From a bacterium (lineage in GTDB: Bacteria > Krumholzibacteriota > Krumholzibacteriia > LZORAL124-64-63), in assembly GCA_031441465.1 (NCBI GenBank), contig JANOEP010000052.1, positions 1-21,895 on the forward strand: a DNA stretch of 21,895 bases. Direction: 5' to 3'. Position numbers and translations under genes: made by a program. Of this stretch, positions 8,170 to 17,958 are shown one piece after another. A model generated the notes under the pieces. That model ran no database searches. It was not told the origin of the DNA and was given only the letters and a program-made list of their open reading frames with translations. The stretch's first letter is position 1. The number at the start of each line of letters is the position of its first letter.

Positions 8170-9908
8170 CCATCCAGGACCTCATCCGGACGGAACTGCA
8201 GCGACGGCTCGAGGAGTACGGCTTCTTCGAAGGGGACGCGACGGTCGAACTCGAGAAGCCGCGTGACCCGGCGCACGGGGATCTCAGCACCAACGTGGCC
8301 CTGACCACCGCCAAGCGGCTCGGCCGCAAGCCCCGCGAGCTGGCCGGCGAGCTGGCGGCCAAGCTCCAGTTCGACAAGGACGTCGTCGCCTCGGTCGAGA
8401 TCGCCGGCCCCGGCTTCATCAACTTCCGCATCGGCCGCCGGCACCAGGTCGCCCAGCTGCTGGACCTGTGGCGCGGCGCGGGCGCGATCGAGGATATCCG
8501 CATCGGCGGCGGGCGCCGCATCAATGTCGAGTTCATCAGCGCCAACCCGACGGGCCCCCTGAACGTGGTGTCGGCGCGGGCCGGCGCCTTCGGGATCACG
8601 CTGGTGCGGCTGCTCGACGCGATCGGGTACGACGCCCACGCGGAGTACTACGTCAACGACGCGGGCCGGCAGGTCCACCTGCTCGGGCGCTCCCTGCGGG
8701 CGCGGTTCTCGGAATTGGTCGGCCGGCCCGAGGCGTTCCCCGAGGACGGCTACAAGGGGCAGTACGTGGCGCAGATGGCCGAGGAGCTGCTGGAACTCGA
8801 CAGCGCGGCGATCCAGCAGCAGGCCGGCGTCTTCAACGACGAGAGTTTCCAGCGCGTCACCGCGCCGGAGGGCGACGCCCGCGCCTGGCTGGATCTGCCG
8901 CCCGACGAGTCGGCCCGGCGCTTCTCGAAGTACGCCCTGATGAAGATCCTCACCTGGCAGCGCCAGACCTGCCGGCGTTTCGGGCTGCGCTTCAACACCT
9001 GGTACTTCGAGTCGGAGCTGCACGAGACCGGGCGCGTCGATCGTGCGTTGGAGCAGCTGCGCAAGTCCGGCGCCGTCTACGAGCTGGACGGGGCCCTCTG
9101 GTTCCGCTCGACGGACTTCGGCGACGAGAAGGACCGGGTCGTGGTGCGCAGCGGGGGCGAGCCCACCTATTTCCTGGCGGACGTGGCCTACCACTACCAC
9201 AAGTTCCAGCGGGGCTTCGAGCACGCCATCGATTTCCTGGGTCCGGACCATCACGGCCACATCCCGCGCATGCAGGGGGCGATGCGGGCGCTCGGCATCC
9301 CCGACGGCTGGCTCGAAGTGCAGATCCTCCAGCAGGTCAACTTCATGGAGAACGGCCGCCCCGTCGACATGTCCAAGCGCGAGGGGCAGTTCGTGACCAT
9401 GGACGCCCTCGGCGACGACGTCGGCGCCGACGTCGCCAAGTACATCTTCCTGACGCGGCGCCCCAACTCCCACCTGGATTTCGACCTGGACCTGGCGCGC
9501 GAGCAGTCCAACGAGAACCCGGTCTACTACGTGAAATACGCGCACGCCCGCATCTGCGCGGTGCTGCGCAAGGCCGAGGCGGCCGGCTGGACGCTCCAGG
9601 AACCCGTCGCCGCGGACCTGATCGGGATGCAAGAGGACGCCGAGTGGAACCTCATGCGCGAGATCGTCCGACTGCCCGGGGTGATCCTGGGCGCCGCCGA
9701 GAGCCGCGAGCCTCACCGGCTGACGGCCTACGCCGCCGACCTCGCCGGCTGCTTCCATCAGTTCTACCACCAGTGCGTCATCGTGGGCGAGGACCGCGAC
9801 CTGACGCGCACCCGGCTCCAGCTCTGCCTGGTCACGCGCAAGGTCCTGCGGGACGTGCTGGACCTGATCGGGGTCGAGGCTCCCGAACAGATGGGCGACA
9901 AGGAGTGA
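8166..9908 (+). CDS. argS: Arginine--tRNA ligase
   Basis: Motifs HGDLSTNVA, AGPGFINF, VEFISANPTGPL, EYYVNDAGRQ, FGDEKDRV, GPDHHGH, MSKREG, ENPVYYVKYAHARI and APEQM. Confidence 0.97.
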   Translation: MTIQDLIRTELQRRLEEYGFFEGDATVELEKPRDPAHGDLSTNVALTTAKRLGRKPRELAGELAAKLQFDKDVVASVEIAGPGFINFRIGRRHQVAQLLDLWRGAGAIEDIRIGGGRRINVEFISANPTGPLNVVSARAGAFGITLVRLLDAIGYDAHAEYYVNDAGRQVHLLGRSLRARFSELVGRPEAFPEDGYKGQYVAQMAEELLELDSAAIQQQAGVFNDESFQRVTAPEGDARAWLDLPPDESARRFSKYALMKILTWQRQTCRRFGLRFNTWYFESELHETGRVDRALEQLRKSGAVYELDGALWFRSTDFGDEKDRVVVRSGGEPTYFLADVAYHYHKFQRGFEHAIDFLGPDHHGHIPRMQGAMRALGIPDGWLEVQILQQVNFMENGRPVDMSKREGQFVTMDALGDDVGADVAKYIFLTRRPNSHLDFDLDLAREQSNENPVYYVKYAHARICAVLRKAEAAGWTLQEPVAADLIGMQEDAEWNLMREIVRLPGVILGAAESREPHRLTAYAADLAGCFHQFYHQCVIVGEDRDLTRTRLQLCLVTRKVLRDVLDLIGVEAPEQMGDKE

Positions 9909-9909
9909 G

Positions 9910-10818
9910 ATGAGCATCCTGGTGGTGGGATCGGTCGCTTACGACACCGTCGAGACGCCGCGCGAGCGGCGCGAGCGCCAGCTCGGAGGCAGCGCCAGCT
10001 ACTTCGCGCTGGCCGCGGCGCGCTTCGCGCCGGTGCGCGCCGTGGGCGTCGTGGGCGGCGACTTCCGCGCCGAGCATCTGGCGCTGCTGGACTCCCGCGG
10101 CGTCGACACCGCCGGGATCGTCCGCCGCGAAGGCCCCACCTTCCACTGGGCCGGCCGCTACCACGAAGACCTGATCGAGCGCGACACCCTGGCCACCGAA
10201 CTGGGCGTATTCCAGGACTTCGCGCCGCAACTGCCGGACGATTGGCGGGAGACGCCCTACCTCTTCCTCGCCAACATCCACCCGGCGCTGCAGGCGGACG
10301 TGCTGGACCAGATGGTCGCACCGCGCCTGATCGTGCTGGACACGATGAACCTCTGGATCAAGTCGACGCGCCGCGAACTCCAGGAGGTCCTGGCCAGGGT
10401 CGATGTCGTGCTGCTGAACGACGGCGAGGCCCGCCTGCTGAGCGGGCAGCGCAGCCTCGCCGCGGCGGCGGCGACGATCAAGGAACTGGGACCGGCCCGG
10501 GTCGTGATCAAGAAAGGCGAGCACGGTGCTCTGCTCTTCGGCCGCGATTCCCTGCTCTCGGTGCCCGCGTTGCTGCTGCCCGAGGTCGTCGACCCGACCG
10601 GTGCGGGCGACTGTTTCGCGGGCGGCTTCGTGGGGTACCTCGCCGCCGCGGGTGCGACGCGGGACGACGACGACCCCGTCTTCCGACAGGCCATGCTCGC
10701 CGGCACGGCGGTGGCATCCGCCTGTCCGGAGGCCTTCAGCGTGGACGGCGTGCTGGCCCTCGACGAGGCGAGCTACTCCCAGCGTTTGGCGACGTTGGCC
10801 GCCATGATGTCCCCTTGA
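9910..10818 (+). CDS. PfkB/ribokinase-family carbohydrate or nucleoside kinase
   Basis: N-terminal VVGSVAYDTVETP and LGGSASY, DTMNLWI, KKGEHGA, and the PfkB signature VDPTGAGDCFAGG. Confidence 0.93.
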   Translation: MSILVVGSVAYDTVETPRERRERQLGGSASYFALAAARFAPVRAVGVVGGDFRAEHLALLDSRGVDTAGIVRREGPTFHWAGRYHEDLIERDTLATELGVFQDFAPQLPDDWRETPYLFLANIHPALQADVLDQMVAPRLIVLDTMNLWIKSTRRELQEVLARVDVVLLNDGEARLLSGQRSLAAAAATIKELGPARVVIKKGEHGALLFGRDSLLSVPALLLPEVVDPTGAGDCFAGGFVGYLAAAGATRDDDDPVFRQAMLAGTAVASACPEAFSVDGVLALDEASYSQRLATLAAMMSP

Positions 10819-10877
10819 GCCGCAGGGCTCCGGTCTCGTCCTGATCGTTCCAGGCGCACTTCTCGGCCTTTTTTTTT
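10817..10877 (+). terminator. Possible weak intrinsic terminator after the PfkB gene
   Basis: Short hairpin GAGCC-GCAG-GGCTC (10817-10830). AGGC...GCCT (10852-10869) runs into a 9-T tract (10869-10877). The stems are short. Confidence 0.3.
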
Positions 10878-10897
10878 ATGTCGAGTGAGATCGTGCC

Positions 10898-10926
10898 TTG
10901 AGCCGGCTGAAGGGATCTGTTAGGAT
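10898..10926 (+). promoter_or_regulatory. Putative sigma-70 promoter for the hypothetical/peptide/HD-GYP module
   Basis: TTGAGC (10898-10903), 17 bp, TAGGAT (10921-10926) with an extended -10 TG. GAGG RBS before ATG 10957. Confidence 0.5.
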
Positions 10927-10956
10927 TCCGCAGATGGATCGCCCGGCCGAGGGCTC

Positions 10957-11883
10957 ATGGACGAGATGGAGGGTCCTGCCTTGGAAGAACCCCGCAACGA
11001 TGATCTCGAATGGGTCAAGGACGCGGAACGATGGATCTGCCAGATCCAGGGTATCCGTCAGTGCAAGATCGACATCGACGAGTCGGGCAAGGTCGCCGGC
11101 ATCCACGTCATCGCAACGACCGCCCGCGAGCCGCGCCATGTGGTACGCGACGTCGAGAGCCTGCTGAAAGCCCGCCTGGATCTGGACGTCTACTACAAGA
11201 AGATCGGCGTCGTGCAGATCATCGAACCCGACGAAGTTGTTCCGGCGGCCGTCGCGCCGGCACCCGCCGTCCCGGCGTCCGCCGTCTTGGCGTCCGCCGT
11301 CTTGGCGCCCGCCGTGCCTGCGACCAGCGTGGCTGCGACCAGCGTGGCGCACGACACGGTGAAAGCGCCGCTCGTCTCCGAGCCGGTGTTGCCCCCACCG
11401 CTGCGGATCCCCGAAGTCCCGAAGCCCCACGTCGTGGCGCGTCCGGCCGTCCTGGTCGAGGAGGCCGCGGCGCCGCGCGTGGAGTGCGCGGGCGTCGGCG
11501 TGATGACCGCCGGCGCGGCCCTGACCGCCACGGTCGAACTGGCGCGCGGCGTGGCCGTGGCCAGGATTCAGGAGACGGGGCCGAACCACCCGGGAACCGA
11601 CCAGCTACTCGTGAGTCGCGCGGCGGTCCGCGCCCTGGCCGACCTGCTGGACGAGTCGGCGACCCTGAGCCTGGCGGACCTGCGCGAGACCGAGATGGCC
11701 GGCGAGCGGGTGACCCTGGTCGCGGTCGATCTGGTCGAAGGACGTCGCAGTGAGCGCTTCTTCGGCAGTTGTTCGCAGCGCCACGGGCCGCACCAGGCGG
11801 CCGTCTACGCCGTTCTGGACGCCCTGAACCGGCGCCTGGACCTCATGAACTTCAGGGAAGGGGGGGACAGACCCTCCGACTGA
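10957..11883 (+). CDS. Uncharacterised protein: N-terminal alpha/beta domain, Pro/Ala-rich linker, C-terminal domain
   Basis: 308-aa ORF with GC3-rich codon use and an RBS. Globular-looking N-terminus (IQGIRQCKIDIDESGKVAGIHVIA...VVRDVESLL...YKKIGVVQ) and a C-terminus ending AAVYAVLDALNRR. Confidence 0.85.
   Translation: MDEMEGPALEEPRNDDLEWVKDAERWICQIQGIRQCKIDIDESGKVAGIHVIATTAREPRHVVRDVESLLKARLDLDVYYKKIGVVQIIEPDEVVPAAVAPAPAVPASAVLASAVLAPAVPATSVAATSVAHDTVKAPLVSEPVLPPPLRIPEVPKPHVVARPAVLVEEAAAPRVECAGVGVMTAGAALTATVELARGVAVARIQETGPNHPGTDQLLVSRAAVRALADLLDESATLSLADLRETEMAGERVTLVAVDLVEGRRSERFFGSCSQRHGPHQAAVYAVLDALNRRLDLMNFREGGDRPSD
11263..11352 (+). repeat. Six degenerate 15-bp in-frame tandem repeats (PAVPA/SAVLA/SAVLA/PAVPA/TSVAA/TSVAH)
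   Basis: Units: CCCGCCGTCCCGGCG, TCCGCCGTCTTGGCG x2, CCCGCCGTGCCTGCG, ACCAGCGTGGCTGCG, ACCAGCGTGGCGCAC. Confidence 0.8.
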
Positions 11884-12007
11884 CCACGGATCCGGCCGAC
11901 TGCGGGGCCGGCGCCTTAGGAGCGAGCGGAGCGGATCGGATTGAAAGGAGCGGAGCCGCCTCTTGTCGTGTGGACAACCACTACGTCCGACATCTGGAGG
12001 TGAGATC

Positions 12008-12052
12008 ATGCTCGACTTCATTCTGAAACTGTTCTATCGGTGGGAGTGGTAG
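12008..12052 (+). CDS. Small ORF, 14-aa hydrophobic/aromatic peptide MLDFILKLFYRWEW
   Basis: GGAGGTGA Shine-Dalgarno at 11996-12003 (GGAGG 7 nt before ATG 12008), TAG at 12050-12052. It lies in an otherwise unexplained intergenic gap and is below the ORF-track cutoff. Confidence 0.7.
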   Translation: MLDFILKLFYRWEW

Positions 12053-12096
12053 TTTCTTGACCACCCCGGCGCCGGTCCCGCTTTACACTCAAGAAC

Positions 12097-12125
12097 TTCA
12101 CTTCTGCGGCCGAACCTAATATCTT
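12097..12125 (+). promoter_or_regulatory. Possible internal sigma-70 promoter for the HD-GYP gene
   Basis: TTCACT (12097-12102), 17 bp, TATCTT (12120-12125) in a locally AT-richer stretch. Confidence 0.3.
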
Positions 12126-12176
12126 GTCAGGAGTCTCCGCCCGCGGGGGCGTTTCCCGAGCCAAGGATCCCGCACC

Positions 12177-13559
12177 TTGAGCCACGCGAGACCCGATCGC
12201 AGCCACCGGCTGTTCCACGCCTATTACGCCGCTGTGCTCGCGGCCAGCGTCGTGCTGGTCGGCTTCCTTGTCGTGGCCCGCCGCCCCGAGAGCCAGGACT
12301 GGCTCGGCTGGGGCTTCTACTTCCTGATCCTGCTGCTGGCCGACACCAAGCTGTCGGAGTCCCAGGCCCGCGACGGGAGCAAGATCCTCTCTTCGCGCAC
12401 CCTCGCCCTGTCGGTGCTGGTGCTGTTCGGCCCCCTGGTCGCCGTTGCGATGGACACGGGCACTTCGCTGGTCCGCGGCCTGCTGCTGCGCCGGTCACCG
12501 GCGCGCAAGATGTTCTTCAACATCGCCATGCTGGCCCTCGCGGACGGGATCGCCGGTCTGATCTATCACGCCCTGCCCTTCCATGACCGCTTTACCACGC
12601 CGCTGTTCCTGCTGCCGTTGGCCGTCGCGCTGGTGACGTACTCCCTGGTCAACAGCCTGATCGTGACGGGGATCATGAGCCTGGATTCGGGCCTGCCCGC
12701 CCGCGAGATCTGGCACCGCGACATCCGCTGGGGCGCGCTGACCGGGCTGATGGAACTGCCGTTCACCGCCATCGTCATCCTGCTGTTCCAGCAGGCCGGC
12801 CCCTGGACGCTGATGATCTTCGTGCCGATCATCTGGGTCATCTTCTCGCTCGGCCGCGCGCACAAGCAGCAGAAGGAAGCCCACATGGCGTCGATCGCCG
12901 TGCTGGCGACGACCCTCGAGGCCGACGAACCCTACACGCACGGCCACAGCTACCGCGTCAGCCAGTACGCCGTGACCATCGGCCGCGCCATGGGCATGTC
13001 GCCGCGCAACCTCGAGGTCCTGGAGTACGGCGGGTTGCTGCACGACATCGGCAAGATCGCCATCAACAACGACATCATCTGCAAGCCCGGACGCCTGACC
13101 GACGAGGAGTTCGCGACCCTGGCCGAGCACCCGGCCATCGGCGCCCGCATCGTCGAGCAGATCAAGTTCCTGCCCGAGACCGTGGACATCGTGCGGCACC
13201 ACCACGAGCGCCCCGACGGCAAGGGCTACCCCGACGGCCTCAAGGGGGACGAGATCACGCTGGGCTCGAGCATCATGAACATCTGCGACGCCTTCGACGC
13301 CATGACCAGCGACCGCTCCTACCGCAAGGCCCTGCCCGTGGAGCGGGCGCTCGAGGAGCTGGTCAAGCACCGCGGCACCCAGTTCAACGCCGCGGTGGTC
13401 GACACCGTGCTGGCCCTGCACCGGCGCGGCGAGTTCGACATCATCCCCGATTCCGCGGTGGAGAAGGTCATCCGCCAGATCCAGCGCGTCGGCGAACCGC
13501 CGGTCCGGGCGGTGCCCACCCCGACCAAGGAAGACCCGGTCCATGAAGTACAGCGATAG
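12177..13559 (+). CDS. Membrane-anchored HD-GYP cyclic-dinucleotide phosphodiesterase
   Basis: About 6-7 hydrophobic segments in the first ~225 aa, then EADEPYTHGHSYRV, LLHDIGK, HPAIGA, HHHERPDGKGYPDGL and DAFDAMTSDRSYRK. TTG start after AAGGA. Confidence 0.93.
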   Translation: MSHARPDRSHRLFHAYYAAVLAASVVLVGFLVVARRPESQDWLGWGFYFLILLLADTKLSESQARDGSKILSSRTLALSVLVLFGPLVAVAMDTGTSLVRGLLLRRSPARKMFFNIAMLALADGIAGLIYHALPFHDRFTTPLFLLPLAVALVTYSLVNSLIVTGIMSLDSGLPAREIWHRDIRWGALTGLMELPFTAIVILLFQQAGPWTLMIFVPIIWVIFSLGRAHKQQKEAHMASIAVLATTLEADEPYTHGHSYRVSQYAVTIGRAMGMSPRNLEVLEYGGLLHDIGKIAINNDIICKPGRLTDEEFATLAEHPAIGARIVEQIKFLPETVDIVRHHHERPDGKGYPDGLKGDEITLGSSIMNICDAFDAMTSDRSYRKALPVERALEELVKHRGTQFNAAVVDTVLALHRRGEFDIIPDSAVEKVIRQIQRVGEPPVRAVPTPTKEDPVHEVQR

Positions 13560-14553
13560 CGGCGTCGACATCGACGCCGCCGCGCGGGCGCTCGCCGGGG
13601 CCAAGCAGGCCATCCGGTCCACCTGGGACGAGCGCGTGCGCAGCGACATCGGCGCCTTCGGCGGGTTGTACCGCGCGGCGCCGGGCGAACCGCTGCTGGT
13701 CGCCAGCGTCGACGGCGTCGGCACGAAGGTCACGATCGCCGCCCGGGTCGGGCGCTACGACACCGTCGGCCAGGACCTGGTCAACCACTGCGTCGACGAC
13801 ATCCTGGTCCAGGGCGCCGAGCCCCTCTTCTTCCTCGACTACTTCGCCACCGGCAAATTGCGCGAGGGCGTGCTCGAGCAGGTGCTCGACGGCTTCGCCC
13901 GGGCCTGCCGCGAGAACGGTTGCGCCCTGCTCGGGGGCGAGACCGCGGAGATGCCCGGCGTGTACGGCGACGGCGACTTCGACCTGGCCGGCTGCATCGT
14001 CGGGCGCGTCCGCGAAGAGGACCTGATCGACGGTTCGGCCATCCGCGCCGGGGACCGGCTCTGGGGCCTGCCCAGCACCGGCCTGCACACCAACGGCTAC
14101 TCGCTGGCCCGCCGGATCCTGTTCGAGACGGCGGGCTACGGTCCCGACGACGTGCTGCCGGGCTGCGACGGCACGGCCGCCGACCTTCTGCTGGCCGTCC
14201 ACCGCAGCTACCTGCCCCACGTGCGCGCGCTCTGGCGGGACCTGGGCCGGCCGGCCGTCCACGGCCTGGCCCACATCACCGGCGGCGGCTTCTACGACAA
14301 CGTGCCGCGCATCGTCCCGGACGGTCTCTGCTGCCGCATCGACACCGCGGCCTGGACCGTGCCGCCCCTCTTCCGGCTCCTGCAGCGGGCGGGAGCGGTC
14401 GCGGCGCCGGAGATGTACCGGGTGTTCAACATGGGAGTCGGGATGGTCTGCGTGCTGGCGGCCGACGCCGACCCTTCCGTCCCAGCGGCGCTCGGAGCGT
14501 TGCCCATCGGCGAGGTCGTGGCGGGTCCGCGCAAGGTCGAAGTCCTGCTGTAA
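13543..14553 (+). CDS. purM: Phosphoribosylformylglycinamidine cyclo-ligase (AIR synthetase)
   Basis: Motifs YSDSGVDID, DGVGTK, GAEPLFFLDY, GGETAEMPG, STGLHTNGYSLAR, AHITGGG and FNMGVGM. Confidence 0.97.
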   Translation: MKYSDSGVDIDAAARALAGAKQAIRSTWDERVRSDIGAFGGLYRAAPGEPLLVASVDGVGTKVTIAARVGRYDTVGQDLVNHCVDDILVQGAEPLFFLDYFATGKLREGVLEQVLDGFARACRENGCALLGGETAEMPGVYGDGDFDLAGCIVGRVREEDLIDGSAIRAGDRLWGLPSTGLHTNGYSLARRILFETAGYGPDDVLPGCDGTAADLLLAVHRSYLPHVRALWRDLGRPAVHGLAHITGGGFYDNVPRIVPDGLCCRIDTAAWTVPPLFRLLQRAGAVAAPEMYRVFNMGVGMVCVLAADADPSVPAALGALPIGEVVAGPRKVEVLL

Positions 14554-14686
14554 CCCTCCCGTCAACATCCCATGCTGGTGCCGCCGCTCCAACTCGGCGT
14601 CGCCAAGTCCTTTCGGCTGGTTCGTCGGCTCGGTCGCGGCAGATTTATTTTCCGGTCGCGCCCGCCTTGGCCGTAAATTCGATCAG

Positions 14687-14717
14687 TACATGATATTTCT
14701 CATGTAACTATCTGATT
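14687..14717. promoter_or_regulatory. AT-rich regulatory patch: palindrome plus IHF-consensus match
   Basis: TACATGA-N6-TCATGTA (14687-14706). Minus-strand AATCAGATAGTTA (14705-14717) fits WATCARNNNNTTR. Confidence 0.45.
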
Positions 14718-14794
14718 ATCATTTAATTGCACAAGCATGTGGACAGGAGTCGTCCTGGGATCAGCACCTGCATCCATGCGCCCGGAGGTGCAGC

Positions 14795-16302
<1,508 letters not shown>

Positions 16303-16306
<4 letters not shown>

Positions 16307-17958
16307 GTGGCTATGGTTCCGCCATGTCATTTTACCGACGAATCCCGGCGCAACACGCCGTGCCATACCCCGGATCCGGGCCGCGGCGCCGGCCGTCGCC
16401 GTCGACGCTCATCGCGCTCGGCGCCGGCGTGCTGGCCACGCTCGCGATGCCCCCCTTGCAGGGGACCGGCTGGGTCGTGGTGCCGGCCTTGGCGCTGCTG
16501 TTCGGCACGTTGAGCCGCGCACCCTCGCCGGCGCGCGCCGCCTGGTGGTTCGGCGTGGCCCATCAGGGGACGCTGCTGCACTGGCTGTTCCTGCTGGGGC
16601 CCGACGCCACGATCAGCTCGCGTTGGCTGATCCCCGCCGCCGCGATCGCGGCGATCCTCTACGCCGCGACCTTCTACTTGCTGTTCGGCTGGCTCGCCGG
16701 GCTCGTCCGGCGCCGGGTCGGCGGGACGGGGCTGCTGCTGCTCGCGCCGCCGCTGTGGACCGCGATGGAAGCGCTGCGCACGGTCGGGGAGTTGGGCTTT
16801 CCCTGGTGCCTGAGCGGAGCCGCCTGGCTGCAGACTCCCTTGTACCCCTTGGCCGCCACGGCCGGCGAACTGGGACTCGGCGCGGTGACGGCGTTGACCG
16901 CCGCCGCCCTGGCCGCCGTCGTCCTGGCCTCCGTCGTCCCCGCCGCGCTTACGGCCGCGCGGCCCCTGCGACTGCGGGGCGCGTCGCTGGCGTTGCCGAT
17001 CGCCGCCGCCGCCGCCTGGCTCGCCCTGGGCCTGGGCGCGCGCGGTTTGCCGACGGACGGCCGGGCGCCGGCGTTGCGCGTCGCCGCCGTGCAGGCCGAC
17101 GTGTCCCTGCACGACAAGTGGTTCGACGCCACCGCGGCGACTTCGACCGTGCCCTATACCGAACTCACCGCCGAAGCGGCGCGCGACGGGGCCGATCTGG
17201 TGGTGTGGGCCGAGACCGCCATCCCGGCCTACCTGCTGCAGGACCGACGGTTGTTGGCCTGGGTCCGCGCGGTGGCCGACTCCAACGACGTCTTCCTCTA
17301 CACCGGCTACCCCGACGTCACGCTCGGTGCGGACAACCGTCAGGAGCGCTTCAACGGCTCGGGCCTGTTCGCCCCGGACGGGCAGCTGACCGACCGCTAC
17401 GCGAAGCACCACCTGCTGCCGTTCGGGGAGCGCATGCCGTTCCAGCGCTGGTTGCCGTGGCTGGGCACGCTGGACTTCGGCCAGGCCGAATGGACTCCGG
17501 GACGGTCGCCGCAGCCGATGACCGTGGCGCCGGACAGCTTGCGGGCGTTGCGCATCGCGGGCTTGATCTGCTACGAGTCGATCTTCCCTTCCCTGGCGCG
17601 CCGAGCGGCGCTCGACGGAGCGCAGGCGCTGGTGAACATCACCAACGACGGCTGGTTCGGGAAGACCGCCGGGCCCGTCCAGCACGCCGAGATGGCGCGC
17701 CTGCGCGCGGCCGAGACGGGGCTGCCCGTGGTGCGCTGCGCCAACAACGGTGTCAGTTTCATCACCGACGGGCGCGGCGCCGTGCGCGCCCGCGCCGGGC
17801 TCGGGGGCCGCGCCGTGGTCGCGGCCGACGTGGCGCCCGCCGACGCGGTCACCCCGTTCGTCCGCCACGGCCACGCGCCGCTGGCGGCGGTTTTATGCTT
17901 GTGGACCCTCGGCGCCCTCGTCGTGCCCGCGTTGGCGCGGCGCAGGAGGCCGGCATGA
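16303..17958 (+). CDS. lnt: Apolipoprotein N-acyltransferase
   Basis: Multi-TM N-terminus, LGFPW, nitrilase-fold triad WAETAIP / [11 protein letters not shown] / [15 protein letters not shown] and RCANNGVS. Exact start uncertain (GTG 16303 or ATG 16324). Confidence 0.94.

Noticed and set aside
11941..12003. Second short ORF (TTG start, LKGAEPPLVVWTTTTSDIWR)
   Set aside because: Weak start and RBS and unremarkable composition. Its stop codon is part of the peptide's Shine-Dalgarno sequence.
12008..12052. Peptide as a darobactin/triceptide-type RiPP precursor or a classical trp attenuator leader
   Set aside because: No radical SAM, P450, peptidase or exporter gene is in the window, and no trp genes or clear terminator/antiterminator lie downstream. 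These are kept only as alternatives.
14667..14683. Sigma-54 -24/-12 promoter (TTGGCCGTAAATTCGAT)
   Set aside because: GG is present, but the -12 position reads GA instead of GC, and the match to TGGCAC-N5-TTGC is poor.
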